Below, in pieces: positions 52,929-64,000 of a stretch of DNA of 64,000 bases. Numbering within the stretch: the first letter of the stretch is position 1; every line of letters begins with the position of its first letter. The position numbers and the translations under genes are program-made. The stretch comes from Rhina ancylostomus (lineage: Eukaryota), in NCBI GenBank assembly GCA_030265395.1, contig JARFYF010000061.1:10445916-10509915 (forward strand), given 5' to 3'. Below the pieces are notes generated by a model. It had not been told where the DNA came from. It did no database searches and was given only the letters and a program-made list of their open reading frames with translations.

Positions 52929-54229
52929 ATACCTAAATAATTACAGCAATCATTCAATTCTGGCAGTTTTATTGATTTAATACCTAATTACACCACCAGA
53001 GTATGTTAAAGCAGTTCACCTGTCTTTTGAAGCAACAGCTTATGTAGGCAGACAGCTTTTAGAATTTACATTAATTCATTGTTCTTATTTAGCACAACAA
53101 CTAAAATCAGACTTTGCTTTTTTTCAGTTCCAACTAACATTATACAGTATTTTGAAAGGAATATTTCTTGCTACTTTTTATGTGTGAAGTACTCTTCCAT
53201 AAACCACAGCAAAGTTGAATGGATCTTCCACCTCTTTATTTAAAGTCAAATTCTAATGGACTGCACAAACAGGAGCGATCAGTTACTATTTATAACCTGG
53301 TTTAATTGAAAGCTTATTCTCAACCAGACTCTCCAATCTTTCCAATTTCAGCCCTGTGAAATCAATAACAAGCAGAAATAAGATTTTAAAAAGGAAATTG
53401 GAGTCACAGACCGTCCTTTTCTTTTGAAATGCAAAGCTTGGAAAGGAGGATTTGAATCATCAATGTCTAAATCGTATTCAAGGCCTGTCCATCAGGTACA
53501 GAACGAGATTTGTTGCCATCTATCGCATAGAACTAAATTGAGGGAAACTTCACTGCAGAACAAAGGCGCCCAACTCCTGTGAGAAACACCCCCTTAATCT
53601 GCAAAACACCTCACGCCGCCCTGAGCACTGCAAATCCCTCCACCATCTGTTCCAACTGTAGCCAAATAGGAAGGAACCAATTCCCCTGATACTGCTAACT
53701 CTTCCAGGAGCAAACTAGGATGTCTGCAAAAATCTCTTGAACAAATTGGTGAGCTGGATTGGATTCTACACCCACTTCCACAGTTCAACTTTGCTCCATT
53801 TGTTCAACAACAATCTGATTTTTTAAATGTATATGGTAAACGTGAATTAATAACAGTAGAGCTTAATTTTGATTCCAAATTATGGCTTGGGGGCAGATCA
53901 ACCAAGATCATATTGAATGGCAGGGCAGACTTGATAGGCCAAGTGACCTACTACTAATCCTATTTTCTTATGTTCTTATGTTCCACTTTTACCAGCCATG
54001 GCCTCTACCCACATATTAATTCCTTTGCATTGCTTACATACAGTCTAGTTTCTCATGGACGTTAATTTGCCATCCCACCTTTTTACATTTTAATATTGAG
54101 AACAGAGCCTCCAAAATAGTTATCCATCCTCACCTATTATCATATCTATTAAACTTTCTTGAAGAGTGATTAAACATTCTCCTCTGATGTTAATCTTGAC
54201 CAAGGAGTGCATATCAACATATCTGAGTA

Positions 54230-54710
54230 TTAAGTATCATGTGGAAAGGCACAGATTATTCAAGAACACCATGGATTTGTTAAGAGGAGGTCATGTCTGA
54301 CTAACATGAATGAAATATTTGAGGTGGTAACAAGGGAGGTTGATGAGGATAGCACATGTGACATGGTCTACATGGATATCACAAGGTGCTTAATAAGGTC
54401 CTGCCTGGCAAATAAAGTTAAAATTGAAATCTAAGAGGCAAGGTGGATCCAAAACTGGCCCAGTGACAGGAAGCAAATGGTAATGATCAGCATATGGTTC
54501 ATGTTTGAAATGCTGTTTACTCTGGGGTTCCACAGGGCTCAGTGCTAAGTCCCTTGGCTTTTGTGGTATACATTAATCATTTAGAATTAAATTAAGGGGC
54601 ACAGTTAAGGAGTTTGCAGATGATACAAAAACTGGCTATGTGGTTGACTGTGAAAAAGACAGCTGTGTACTGCAGAAAGGTAACAATGTATTGGTCAGAT
54701 AGACAGACAG
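54230..54710 (+). mobile_element. CR1 RT domain fragment
   Basis: HGFVKRRSCLTNMNEIFEVVTREVDE..CDMVYMD, WIQNWPSDRKQMV, SGVPQGSVLSP and EFADDTK. Confidence 0.85.
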
Positions 54711-56119
54711 GAAGAAAGCAAACACCAAGATAGTGGACAAAAATGAAAGACAAAATATACAGTGAAAGGAAAAGAATGTATATTTACTTTTGACCTTCAA
54801 CATATTCTGGTTGCCCCAAACTGGTGTATAGCCAAATAAATCCTTTTGACATGTAATCTCTGCTATAGAGCAATACCATTATGCTGTGAATATCATGAAG
54901 TTGAGGCTCAAGTGAGGTCCTGATTCAAAGAATGTTAATTATAACTCAGCAGTCAGAATGTTAGTGAAAGGTGAGCTCCCCAGGAGATACAAAACTGGGT
55001 GAAAAATCAGCCTGGATTAGAAATCAAGAGCATAGCACACAGTTGGATTCACTTCACTCCTAGAAAACTGAATCTCTGCCTGTTCAGTTATTTTAAAAAA
55101 AATAGCCTGATTTTCCACATCAAAAGAGATAAGTAATGAGTTTGTCTGGTTTAGGTAGGCTGGTTGAAAGAAGCAATATTGAGCAAAGCACCAAGAGAAC
55201 TGGTTCCTCTAATTCAAAGAGTGCCATGCCATCTTCAGATGCTGTTGGAAATTAGCTATTAGTAGATCCTGTGTCAACAGTTTTGTAGAACTAGGAAAGG
55301 GTCTGTTAANNNNNNNNNNNNNNNNNNNNNNNNNNNNNNNNNNNNNNNNNNNNNNNNNNNNNNNNNNNNNNNNNNNNNNNNNNNNNNNNNNNNNNNNNNN
55401 NNNNNNNNNTTTATTTGATAATCTCTGGGAATCTGTTTTCCTGTTTCCAGATTTGATTGGATTGATTAAAGTGTAAGCGATTTATTTTGACATGGGGAGT
55501 TCAAACTACTTTGTACAGTAGAGTGGCTGATGTTGGCTGAATAAATTTCCAGTATTAGATTGATGCACAGCTGTGTGGGCTGTATCCAGGTCTCAAGTCA
55601 TTTCACATAAAGCAGCTTTTGAAGGGTCAGCAACTCAACCAAAAGCAAATGCAGTTGAAGGGTTTCACAGCATTCAGAGCTATGCCACGCACAACTTTTT
55701 ATTTCTAAATTCCATGAGCATTAGCGTACTGTGAGATGGAACGGGATGCTGGAGGTGCCTGGTAGCTGCAGTGAGCATGTCAGCACATTCTGGACCTTGG
55801 AAATATGGAGCACAGTGGAGGTCAGACAGCAATGCATCTGGCCTCTTGCAACAGCCTTGGACTCAGCACTGAGTCCAGTGGTAGTTCTGAAAGGTGGAGG
55901 GTCTGGAACTAAGGGTCACTGGTCAAGAGGTCACCAATTTACTTCAGAGATGAGGCAATTTTTTTTCCTTTCTGTGTACTGTGGATCGTTTCCTTAAAGG
56001 GTAAACTTTAACACTACCTCAGACTATATTTCTTTTCCTCTCTCAATCTTGCACTGATGTCCTAAGATTTATTTTGCTGTTTTTTTTTGCTCAAGTGTAA
56101 GTTCTCACTGCCTCAGTAA

Positions 56120-56505
56120 ACAGTCAACATAATCAAAGACCCCACCCACCCCACTCATTCCCTCTTCTCCCACCTTCCATCAGGCAGAAGATACAAAAGC
56201 CTGAAAACATGTACCACCAGGCTCAAGGACAGCTTCTATCCTGCTGTTATAAGACTTCTGAATGGTTCCCTAATACAATAAGATGGACTCTTGACCTCAC
56301 AATCTATCTTGTTATGACCTTGCACCTTATTGTCTACCTGCACTTCACTTTCTCTGTAGCTATGACACTTTACTCTGCAGTCTGTATTATGTTACCTTAT
56401 ACTACTTCAATGCACTGTGTAATGAATTGATCTGCATGAATGATATACAAGACAAGTTTTTCACTGTGCCTCAATACAAGTGACAATAATAAATCGATTC
56501 CAATT
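56120..56505 (+). mobile_element. Rex1/Babar LINE 3' end (3' UTR subfamily differs from the 1338 and 7929 copies)
   Basis: NIIKDPTHPTHSLFSHLPSGRRYKSLKTCTTRLKDSFYPAVIRLLN, then a UTR ending GTGACAATAATAAA. Confidence 0.8.
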
Positions 56506-58364
56506 CCATATCTGTCTTTCTTGCCTCGTCTGCCCTGTCAGCTCTAGATCCACCAAATTGGCTCATGAACTGTCTTCTTAGTACACGAGGAATTGGGGAT
56601 GGACAATAAATGCCGGTGGTTCCAGTGGCATCCATGTTCCACGAACAAATGAAAAACATTATCATGTTTGTGTCTGTTGTGGTACTTTGCCACATTGTTA
56701 GTCTGGCCCTTGTATTTCTCAGTATTTTTCCACAATCGTACATTTAATGCCTTTCCTCACATTTGATGACAACAGTGCACCCAGTGCAGAAATTGTGGTA
56801 CAAATGTGATTCTGAACCAAAGTATACTGACTGAGAAATTTATCTGCACAGGCATTGCACAAACAGCATGTACATTAAAGTGCCCTTTACAGATATTGTG
56901 CATATTTCTAGAAGAGTTAACATTAGCAGCATATGGCCTTTTCGTGTGAGATTTTTGCATATGGTTGCAATGTTCAGGTGGTGTCCAGCTTGCTCAAAGA
57001 CCTAGAAGGTGGGTTAATTCTTTCCTGCCAAGATTTTGCACCACATTGGTGGTCTTAGCAAATGTCACTGTTCACTCTCACAAGAATCAGCTTTTAGTAA
57101 TATTGAAGGCTCAAAGCATTATCAAAAGAGCCAGACACATCCTTCCTGTAGTATTTTTTTCAGAGAGCTGCATAACTCTCTGCAAAATCATCCTCAGGTA
57201 ACAGACTTAAAGTGGGATCCCTGTCATCACAATTCAGAATGGTTTCAGCAGGTTCAGAATGTACTGGACTGAAATGTCAGAGAAAAAAATACAGAAAAGT
57301 TGTTCCATGTTCATCAGATGAGAAATGAATATATAGTAGTAGAAAGACATCCGACAAAAGAGATGGCACCAAAAACCATCTCCAGTCAGGCTTCACAAAG
57401 AGGCACCCTCTAATCAAAACTCCTGCAATTGTGATGCAGTCTTTTCTTCCATAAGATGGTTATTCACATCTGTGGCCATTGAAGACCTAAACCCCAAGCT
57501 CACAAAACTGAAAGTCAAAGTTACATCCACCTTTACTCTCCGACGTACTCCCTCAGCCTCCTTGTCGTTGCTGATAGATAGCAAATAAGACACTTTGCTG
57601 CTCATTGTTGAATTGTAGATATAACTCAACCATTATGAAGAGAAACATTCGATTTTTGGCCATTGTAACTTTTTAATTCTGACTTGAAAGAGCCGGGCTA
57701 TTTGCTAAGTGAAGGTATACATAGAGGGCACTCATGCCCTTACCACTTGGCCATTTTTTGCCATTCGTGGCCATTACACTGGGAAGGTCCCTCCTCCGCA
57801 CACTATTTTTCAGAAGCTTGTGCAGTTTTCTCTGCTCCATGGAGGACTTTGCCACCGACCTCTCATCATTGTAACATGTGCTCATCTGTCACAAACACTT
57901 TCCAGGAACTGAAAGAGTGTTAGTTGAATTTAAGAGCTAATTCCTGAAATCAGAGCTGCGAAGAAAGGTGCTATTAATGCCCATTGTTCCCGAAACAGAG
58001 TAGTGCTGTTTTGGAACAGATGCTCATGATTTTTGTTTTGGAGTTTCTTGAAACAGCATTAGGGATTTTGCCAATGCTGTTTTCTAACCAGTAAAATAGT
58101 GCAGATAAAGTTCTACGTTGTTGACTCTAACTTGGACACAGATGTCAATGAAAGTGAACTCCCTTGCAGTCAGAGAGCTGAGTGCAACAGGCACTTTGGT
58201 TTGGAGACAAGAACTTTGCCCAAGGTTGGACTGACTCTCTGCAAAACTGAAATTCTGCTTTCCCAGCTCTTAATAGAAAAAATACACACTGCTAAGAGTG
58301 CTTTCTATATTATCACCCGTTGATTCTCTTCTTTCAATTAGTTCCAGAGGTTAACTAAAACAAA

Positions 58365-58535
58365 TACCATGCATGCTGGAAATCTGAAATAACACCAGAA
58401 ATGCTCAGTGGATCAGGTAGTATCTTTGGAGAAGGAAAGAGAGTCGAGAAAAGTCATTAACCTGGAACTTTAACGTTATTTCTCTCTCCGCATGTGCTGC
58501 CTGACCTGCTGAGAATTCTCAGCATTGTCTGTTTT
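58365..58535. mobile_element. Inverted pair of Penelope pseudo-LTR pieces
   Basis: ATGCTGGAAATCTGAAATAA...CTCAGTGGATCAGGTAGTATC, then the inverted TCTCTCTCCGCATGTGCTGCCTGACCTGCTGAG...CAGCATTGTCTGTTTT. Confidence 0.65.
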
Positions 58536-61500
58536 GAGATCAAGTTGACCAATAGCCCAAAATGCACTGATCTGCCTTGGCAATTCATGTTGTAAATTGT
58601 TGTGCCGAGCATCAAATTAAACTGCAGGTTGATCACCAGCTCATTGTCCCCACTGCACTGATTTGTGTTAGTATTTTTAATGTTTGTGCCTTAGTTTACT
58701 TCATTTTTTTTCAGTCCAAAACAAGTGTCTTAAGGTAAACTACAAATCAGAGAGAAGGTAATAAGGAGCTGACTAATCTCAGTTGTAAGAAGTTGAAGAG
58801 CTATCAGGAACACTACTCACTGATATTATGAGATGTCACATTAAGAAATTAAATCAAACCTTTCCTCAGGACAACTGATAGAAAATCCATAGGGTTAAAA
58901 TAAATAAATGGGTTTTGGGAAAACTGATTTGAGCACAATGTTTGCATGAAAACTCTATTTTATAAATATGCTTGCCTTTTTCAACCATCGCTCTTTTGTC
59001 CTTGGACCTCAGTGTGTCTTGATCTTTTTCTACACCTACCACACATTTATTGTTCTTTTCAATCCCCTTGTCCCCTCTGATGTGCCTGATTAAGCTAAGC
59101 CTTCCATGTTTTTAAACCGGATATTTTCTGCCTTCTCAACAACATGATGCTTCAAAGCTATGCTGACAAGTCAAATATCAGAGAGCAAAAGGTACAAATG
59201 AGGAAGCTAGGACTACTATGGGAAATAATTTTATACATTTTCAACTAATATGCAGTTAAATTAGTAAAAACATTNNNNNNNNNNNNNNNNNNNNNNNNNN
59301 NNNNNNNNNNNNNNNNNNNNNNNNNNNNNNNNNNNNNNNNNNNNNNNNNNNNNNNNNNNNNNNNNNNNNNNNNNAGGGAGAAGATTAAAGCACTCCGTTT
59401 CTTTCAACTATTGGGCATACTTAAAGGCAGAACAGGTTTGAAAGATATTGGTACAAATGACTTTACTCTAAGTCCTTTATATTGCAAAGACCCTAGGACT
59501 ATCAATCTGACCCCTATTAAAGGATCAGGTCAGTCAAACATTGAAAGATATAAATTAATGTGACCAGCAGCTGATAGAGTTTAATAGGTTTAATCTGGTA
59601 TGTATTTCGTTGTCTCATGTAATTCTATTGTTTAGTGGGAAGTGCTGTATCACTTTTTAAAATACTTGAATATTATTAACCAAACAAAATTATAACGGCT
59701 TCATAATTTTGAAATTAGATAAATTAGACAAATACAATGTACTAAATTCTTAAGTGCAACTGCTCACATTTATTTAACTCAAAAATAAATCCTTGGCTTC
59801 GTAAGCATCTGCACAATTAATTCTAAGGTTTGAGCTCAATTACAGGTAACCTGTCCATTGTTGTTTGAGGTAGTAAAGTTTGTTGAGAAAAGAGAAACAG
59901 ACTAGAAATAAGAAATGGTAACAAAAACACTCAGCAAGGAGCAATCCGTGATCCGGAGGACCTCAGTTGGATAAGGAATCGTAGGAAGAAACATGTCAAG
60001 TTTCTCACTATGGTCCAGCTTCCCAAAAGGAACAGTAAGTGCCACCATGGTCATTGCCACTTTTTTGTTCCAACACAGGCAGTCACCTGCGACTTTTATC
60101 AGTCCAACATGCAGAGAAGACTGAGGGCACAATATTGCTAAAAGAAATACTGAATGCAAAATCTCTTCACTCAAACAATAAAGGCAAATATTCAAAAACT
60201 TATTGCTAAAATGTAAATAGACTTTTTATGGACAACAGAAACACAATTCCCATTGTAAAGTACAGTCCTGCCTCACAGTTCCCAATGCTGCAGACAACAG
60301 TAATTACTTCAGGAAATCGCCAAAATATCTCAGGAAGATGCTGTTGTCAAGTGATATAAACTACTAATTGCAGAAAATACATGTCAGCTTGTGTTGTTAG
60401 CAAAACATCTAAAAGTTGAGGTCGGAAAAATCCAACCATCTGAATCAATTTTTAAGTTCAAACTAACTGGGTTCTGAAACTATGGTGTATAAATCACTAT
60501 CAAGACAGGTCAGAAACTATAGTTGGACTTAGTACAATGAAATCAGCACCGCTGGCAAGAAATTACAGTACAGATCAGGATAATCCAAGTGCTTTCACAG
60601 CACTTCAATTCGCCTCAATCTTGAATTGGTTCAGACACACAATAGGCAGTGTTGGGTTATCAGCAGCAGTCTTTCATTTTAAAGCTGAGGATGACAGATT
60701 TGGAATAATCCATTTGCACCAGCCTGGTACAAATCTTCAGATAGTTAACTTTGAACCCTGAATCCAGAACATAGTGATTCACAAACAGCAAGCAAACGTC
60801 AGTGTAACCGATGCTATTCTGTGTAAAATCATCTTTTCCTCTGAGCACTCACACAATTCAAACAAATTGATGTTTATTGCTTCTGTGTAAATCAACACTT
60901 TGCTACATTTTTTATCGTCTGGCACATTTTCAGATATACAGATCAATATCTTATTCTAATATCATCTCACAAATGGTAAGGAAAAAGCAACTGGAATGCC
61001 ATTGCTGTGTATTGAATGAATATACAGTAGATTAGAAACCAGTTGCATGCTAGATGCTGAGTGGTCATCTGGCCTCCTGAGGGCAATCCAATTGGATGGA
61101 TTGACTTCAAGAGCCCTTAAGATTGTTCTTGACATCTGTACATCCAGGGTAAAGTGCCTGTTCCTTCTTTCAGAGACAGAGACATACAACCAGAAATTAT
61201 GTGGAGGAGAGGGAAAATAGGATTAAGATCTTATGGAGTGAGTTTCTTACTTCGTCCAGAGTGGTGCTAGGTAGGATTATTATAAAATGATCTCTGTGCC
61301 CCCAAGCAAGAGGTGGATCCATTGGTTGCACTCTGGGGATATCAAAAAAGGACCTCAAGGTGCTTAGGTGCAATGTCCCATTATGAAATAGCACAATTGC
61401 ATTGCTCATCTGATTGAGGGTAGAAGGGCAGTTTGTAGGCATGGATCAGTAGAGAAGTGAAAAGTAATGTAGAGAAATGTAGGATATAGGAGGGGGATTA

Positions 61501-63589
61501 AAGCAAAATAGAAAATATTCTAGATACATACTTATTATTGAACAGCAAGTTACTAAAGATTGTCAAAGGTAAATGAAAGTTCAGCAGGAATGCAAAGTCT
61601 ATTTCACTCTAACAGCAATGTATCACCAATCATTTCTGTACTCCAGTGCTTTTATCAATATCATTAGTGTCATTAGAATTAACATACAGTCACTGAGTTT
61701 TGTATTTTCTTGTTGCAGGTAATCATTGTTGGCTAATCTGGGATTATACAACAGTAAAATGATACCTCAGTGTATTGCAGGTTGTTCTGTCACTGCACAA
61801 TGTGCAGTTGGAATCCATCAACAATAGAATTACTTTTCACTAGTCTGAAATGCCTAAGTCATGTTGCCATACCTCAGACTGTACAGTGAATGAGTAGAAG
61901 TGCTTTTCAAAGCTGAAATGTGCTTGAAAAATGTCAAAGATATAAACTGTGAAAGAGGAACATGGGTGGATCGATCAAAATTATCCAGTTCCAGTCAATA
62001 TGGTGCTCCACTAATTTATGTCTACACTCCTGTATGTTAGTATACATAGTTTATAAACACAATGATATCCTACTCACTTGCCTTCAGTTGTCCATTAAAA
62101 GCTTGTAACTTTACACTATAAGAGAAAGGCTATTCAGTGCATCGTGTCTATGCCAACTCTGAGAGGTCTATATTCTTATGCTGAGGAACTGGCTCTATTT
62201 TAACACATTTTTAATGCACACTTTGTGTTTGAAGCCATTGTGCACGCATTGGACTTAGCTAGAGAATATTTCCAGGTGTTTAAGCAACCATTAGCAACCA
62301 TTGGAAAATTGGCATCAGATGCACACCAAATGATGTCATCCAGGGCACAGCTGCCATTTCCGTGCTTATTGATAGAAATTGGCTGTTAAAATGCAGCCTA
62401 TGGCCTGCAAGAGTAAAACTGGGAGCAAACACTACAAGTCAGTAAAGCAATGAGAATTAAAGGCTCCTCACTGGGTCATTGATGTCTTGCCCACAGCCTC
62501 TGTCGAAATACATTCTCTGTGCTTTACCTTTGTTCACAGCCGTGACTGACAAAGATTGCAGCATCTCCAGATTATGCTCCATAGGCAAGATGCTGCAGTC
62601 ACTGGCCCCTCAATGAGTCTGTGCCTTGGACTCACAACACAAGTACCTGGACCACAGAGGAGTTCTCAGCTCTTCTCCACTGCCACTACTCCCACCTCAC
62701 CCTATGCCCCAACCCTATCATTTCCATACCATCTTGCACACTGCTCAGCTGGCACAGTTATAAACACTCAATGACTCGCTACCCAGCAAACAGTTCAGCA
62801 GTGATGCAGCAGCTATAAGCTTTGAGAAATACATGTACCAAACTTCTGTTCACCATTCAGGATGAAAACCACCGATTTCCCAATCTTTTTGCACTTCATC
62901 CAAAGGGTGCTGGCATTGCACTCCGTACCTGCGTTGTGCACCAACAATGGTTGAACTCCAGTTTTGAGGCATTAATATTTCCTATGACATTTTAAAAATA
63001 CTATCAACTCATCAACCAACAGGAATGCCCCAGAGCTGACGAGTTGCCCTTGCTGACAAGACTTGTCAGCTCCAGCCTTCAACTTAACTTAGGTCTTATG
63101 CTGGCTGATAATGAGTATTCCACCTACACCTTTTCATCACATCCCTCCCATTTAACTCTTCCCAAATGTGCCTTAACTCCATCAAACAATTTTAATTGTT
63201 TTTGAACTGAACAATTTTTAAGAAAAAAAGCTACCTTTATACTGTAAGTAGGAAATTCTTTCCCCAGGATTGTCTAGATCAGGGCTCTGGCTTCTCAAAG
63301 GTGTCACATCACAGGTCACACAAAGATCACTAGACTCATGCACAATCATCAGCATATGGAAAATTATGTGACAGATGCCAATCAACAGACTAACCAAGGC
63401 TATGGGCCACAGAGTTTAAATCAAATAAGAAGAATGAAGGGAAGGTATTTCTTTACCAAACCCCTCTGTAATTTTCCCCATCTTTATCTCTATAATTCCC
63501 TCCATGATTACAACCCCCTAAGATCCCTGGTATCTTCCAGTTCTGGCTTAGATCTTAACCTTCATCCAATTCTCTTTTGAAAGCCGCTA

Positions 63590-64000
63590 CTGAATCTGTA
63601 TCCATTTGTATTTCAAATCTTAACCTCTCATTTTATTTAAAAATTACTTTTACTCATGTCACCAGCTTCTCCTGTCTTTCCACAAAACCCAAATCCCTCA
63701 TTCCTTTAATCCTTCTCATATTTCTCTTCTGTGTCCTCAACAAAACATTCACACCCTTTTCTAAACTATTGTGCCCACTATTGTATGCAATTATCCATCT
63801 AGGGCTGCTCTCATATCTATACAAGTTTAGCATAAGTTCCTGGTATTTGTACTCCATGTATCCATTTATGAGGTCCAGAATCATATATGCTTCATCAACT
63901 GCTTTGTTCGACTGACCCACCATTTTAACAGAATTATTCACATTTACCAGATGACTCTCACTCTTTACACCTCCTATAAATTTGTACAACAGTCCCACTC
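63590..64000 (-). mobile_element. Decayed CR1 ORF2 C-terminal region
   Basis: VGQSNKAVDEAYMILDLINGYMEYKYQELMLNLYR...QKRNMRRIKGMRDLGFVERQEKL. Confidence 0.65.

Noticed and set aside
59866-59887. let-7/miR-98-like TGAGGTAGTAAAGTTTGTTG
   Set aside because: Only the first 10-11 nt match, and no complementary 3' arm exists downstream to form a precursor hairpin.
59902-61442. Several 60-100 aa ORFs near the right end
   Set aside because: No recognisable domain and no consistent splice-phase chain.
1-64000. CRISPR arrays, rRNA/tRNA genes, prokaryotic operons
   Set aside because: None seen; the sequence is vertebrate-type intergenic or intronic DNA.

Overview
AT-rich eukaryotic genomic DNA from a gapped draft assembly (13 N-runs, four of exactly 100 N). 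The repeat complement (HE1/V-SINE-like, Deu-domain SINEs, Rex1/Babar, CR1, L2, RTE, Vingi-like, Penelope-like) points to a cartilaginous fish; this is an inference. No host protein-coding gene is recognisable: the ORFs with recognisable homology are decayed retroelement fragments and the rest look spurious. The main structures are: (1) two long CpG-undepleted, repeat-poor blocks (~14-25 kb and ~32-50 kb) with dense TF-motif clusters and a strong REST/RE1 site, typical of the regulatory landscape of a developmental or neural gene lying outside the window or in a gap; (2) a dispersed family of Penelope pseudo-LTR derivatives carrying minimal hammerhead-ribozyme cores, several in inverted pairs, whose CGAAACG motif survives only inside the CpG-rich block; (3) a weakly supported chain of minus-strand exons ending near 44.2 kb. 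Repeat boundaries are by-eye estimates and family names come from motif recognition, not database searches.
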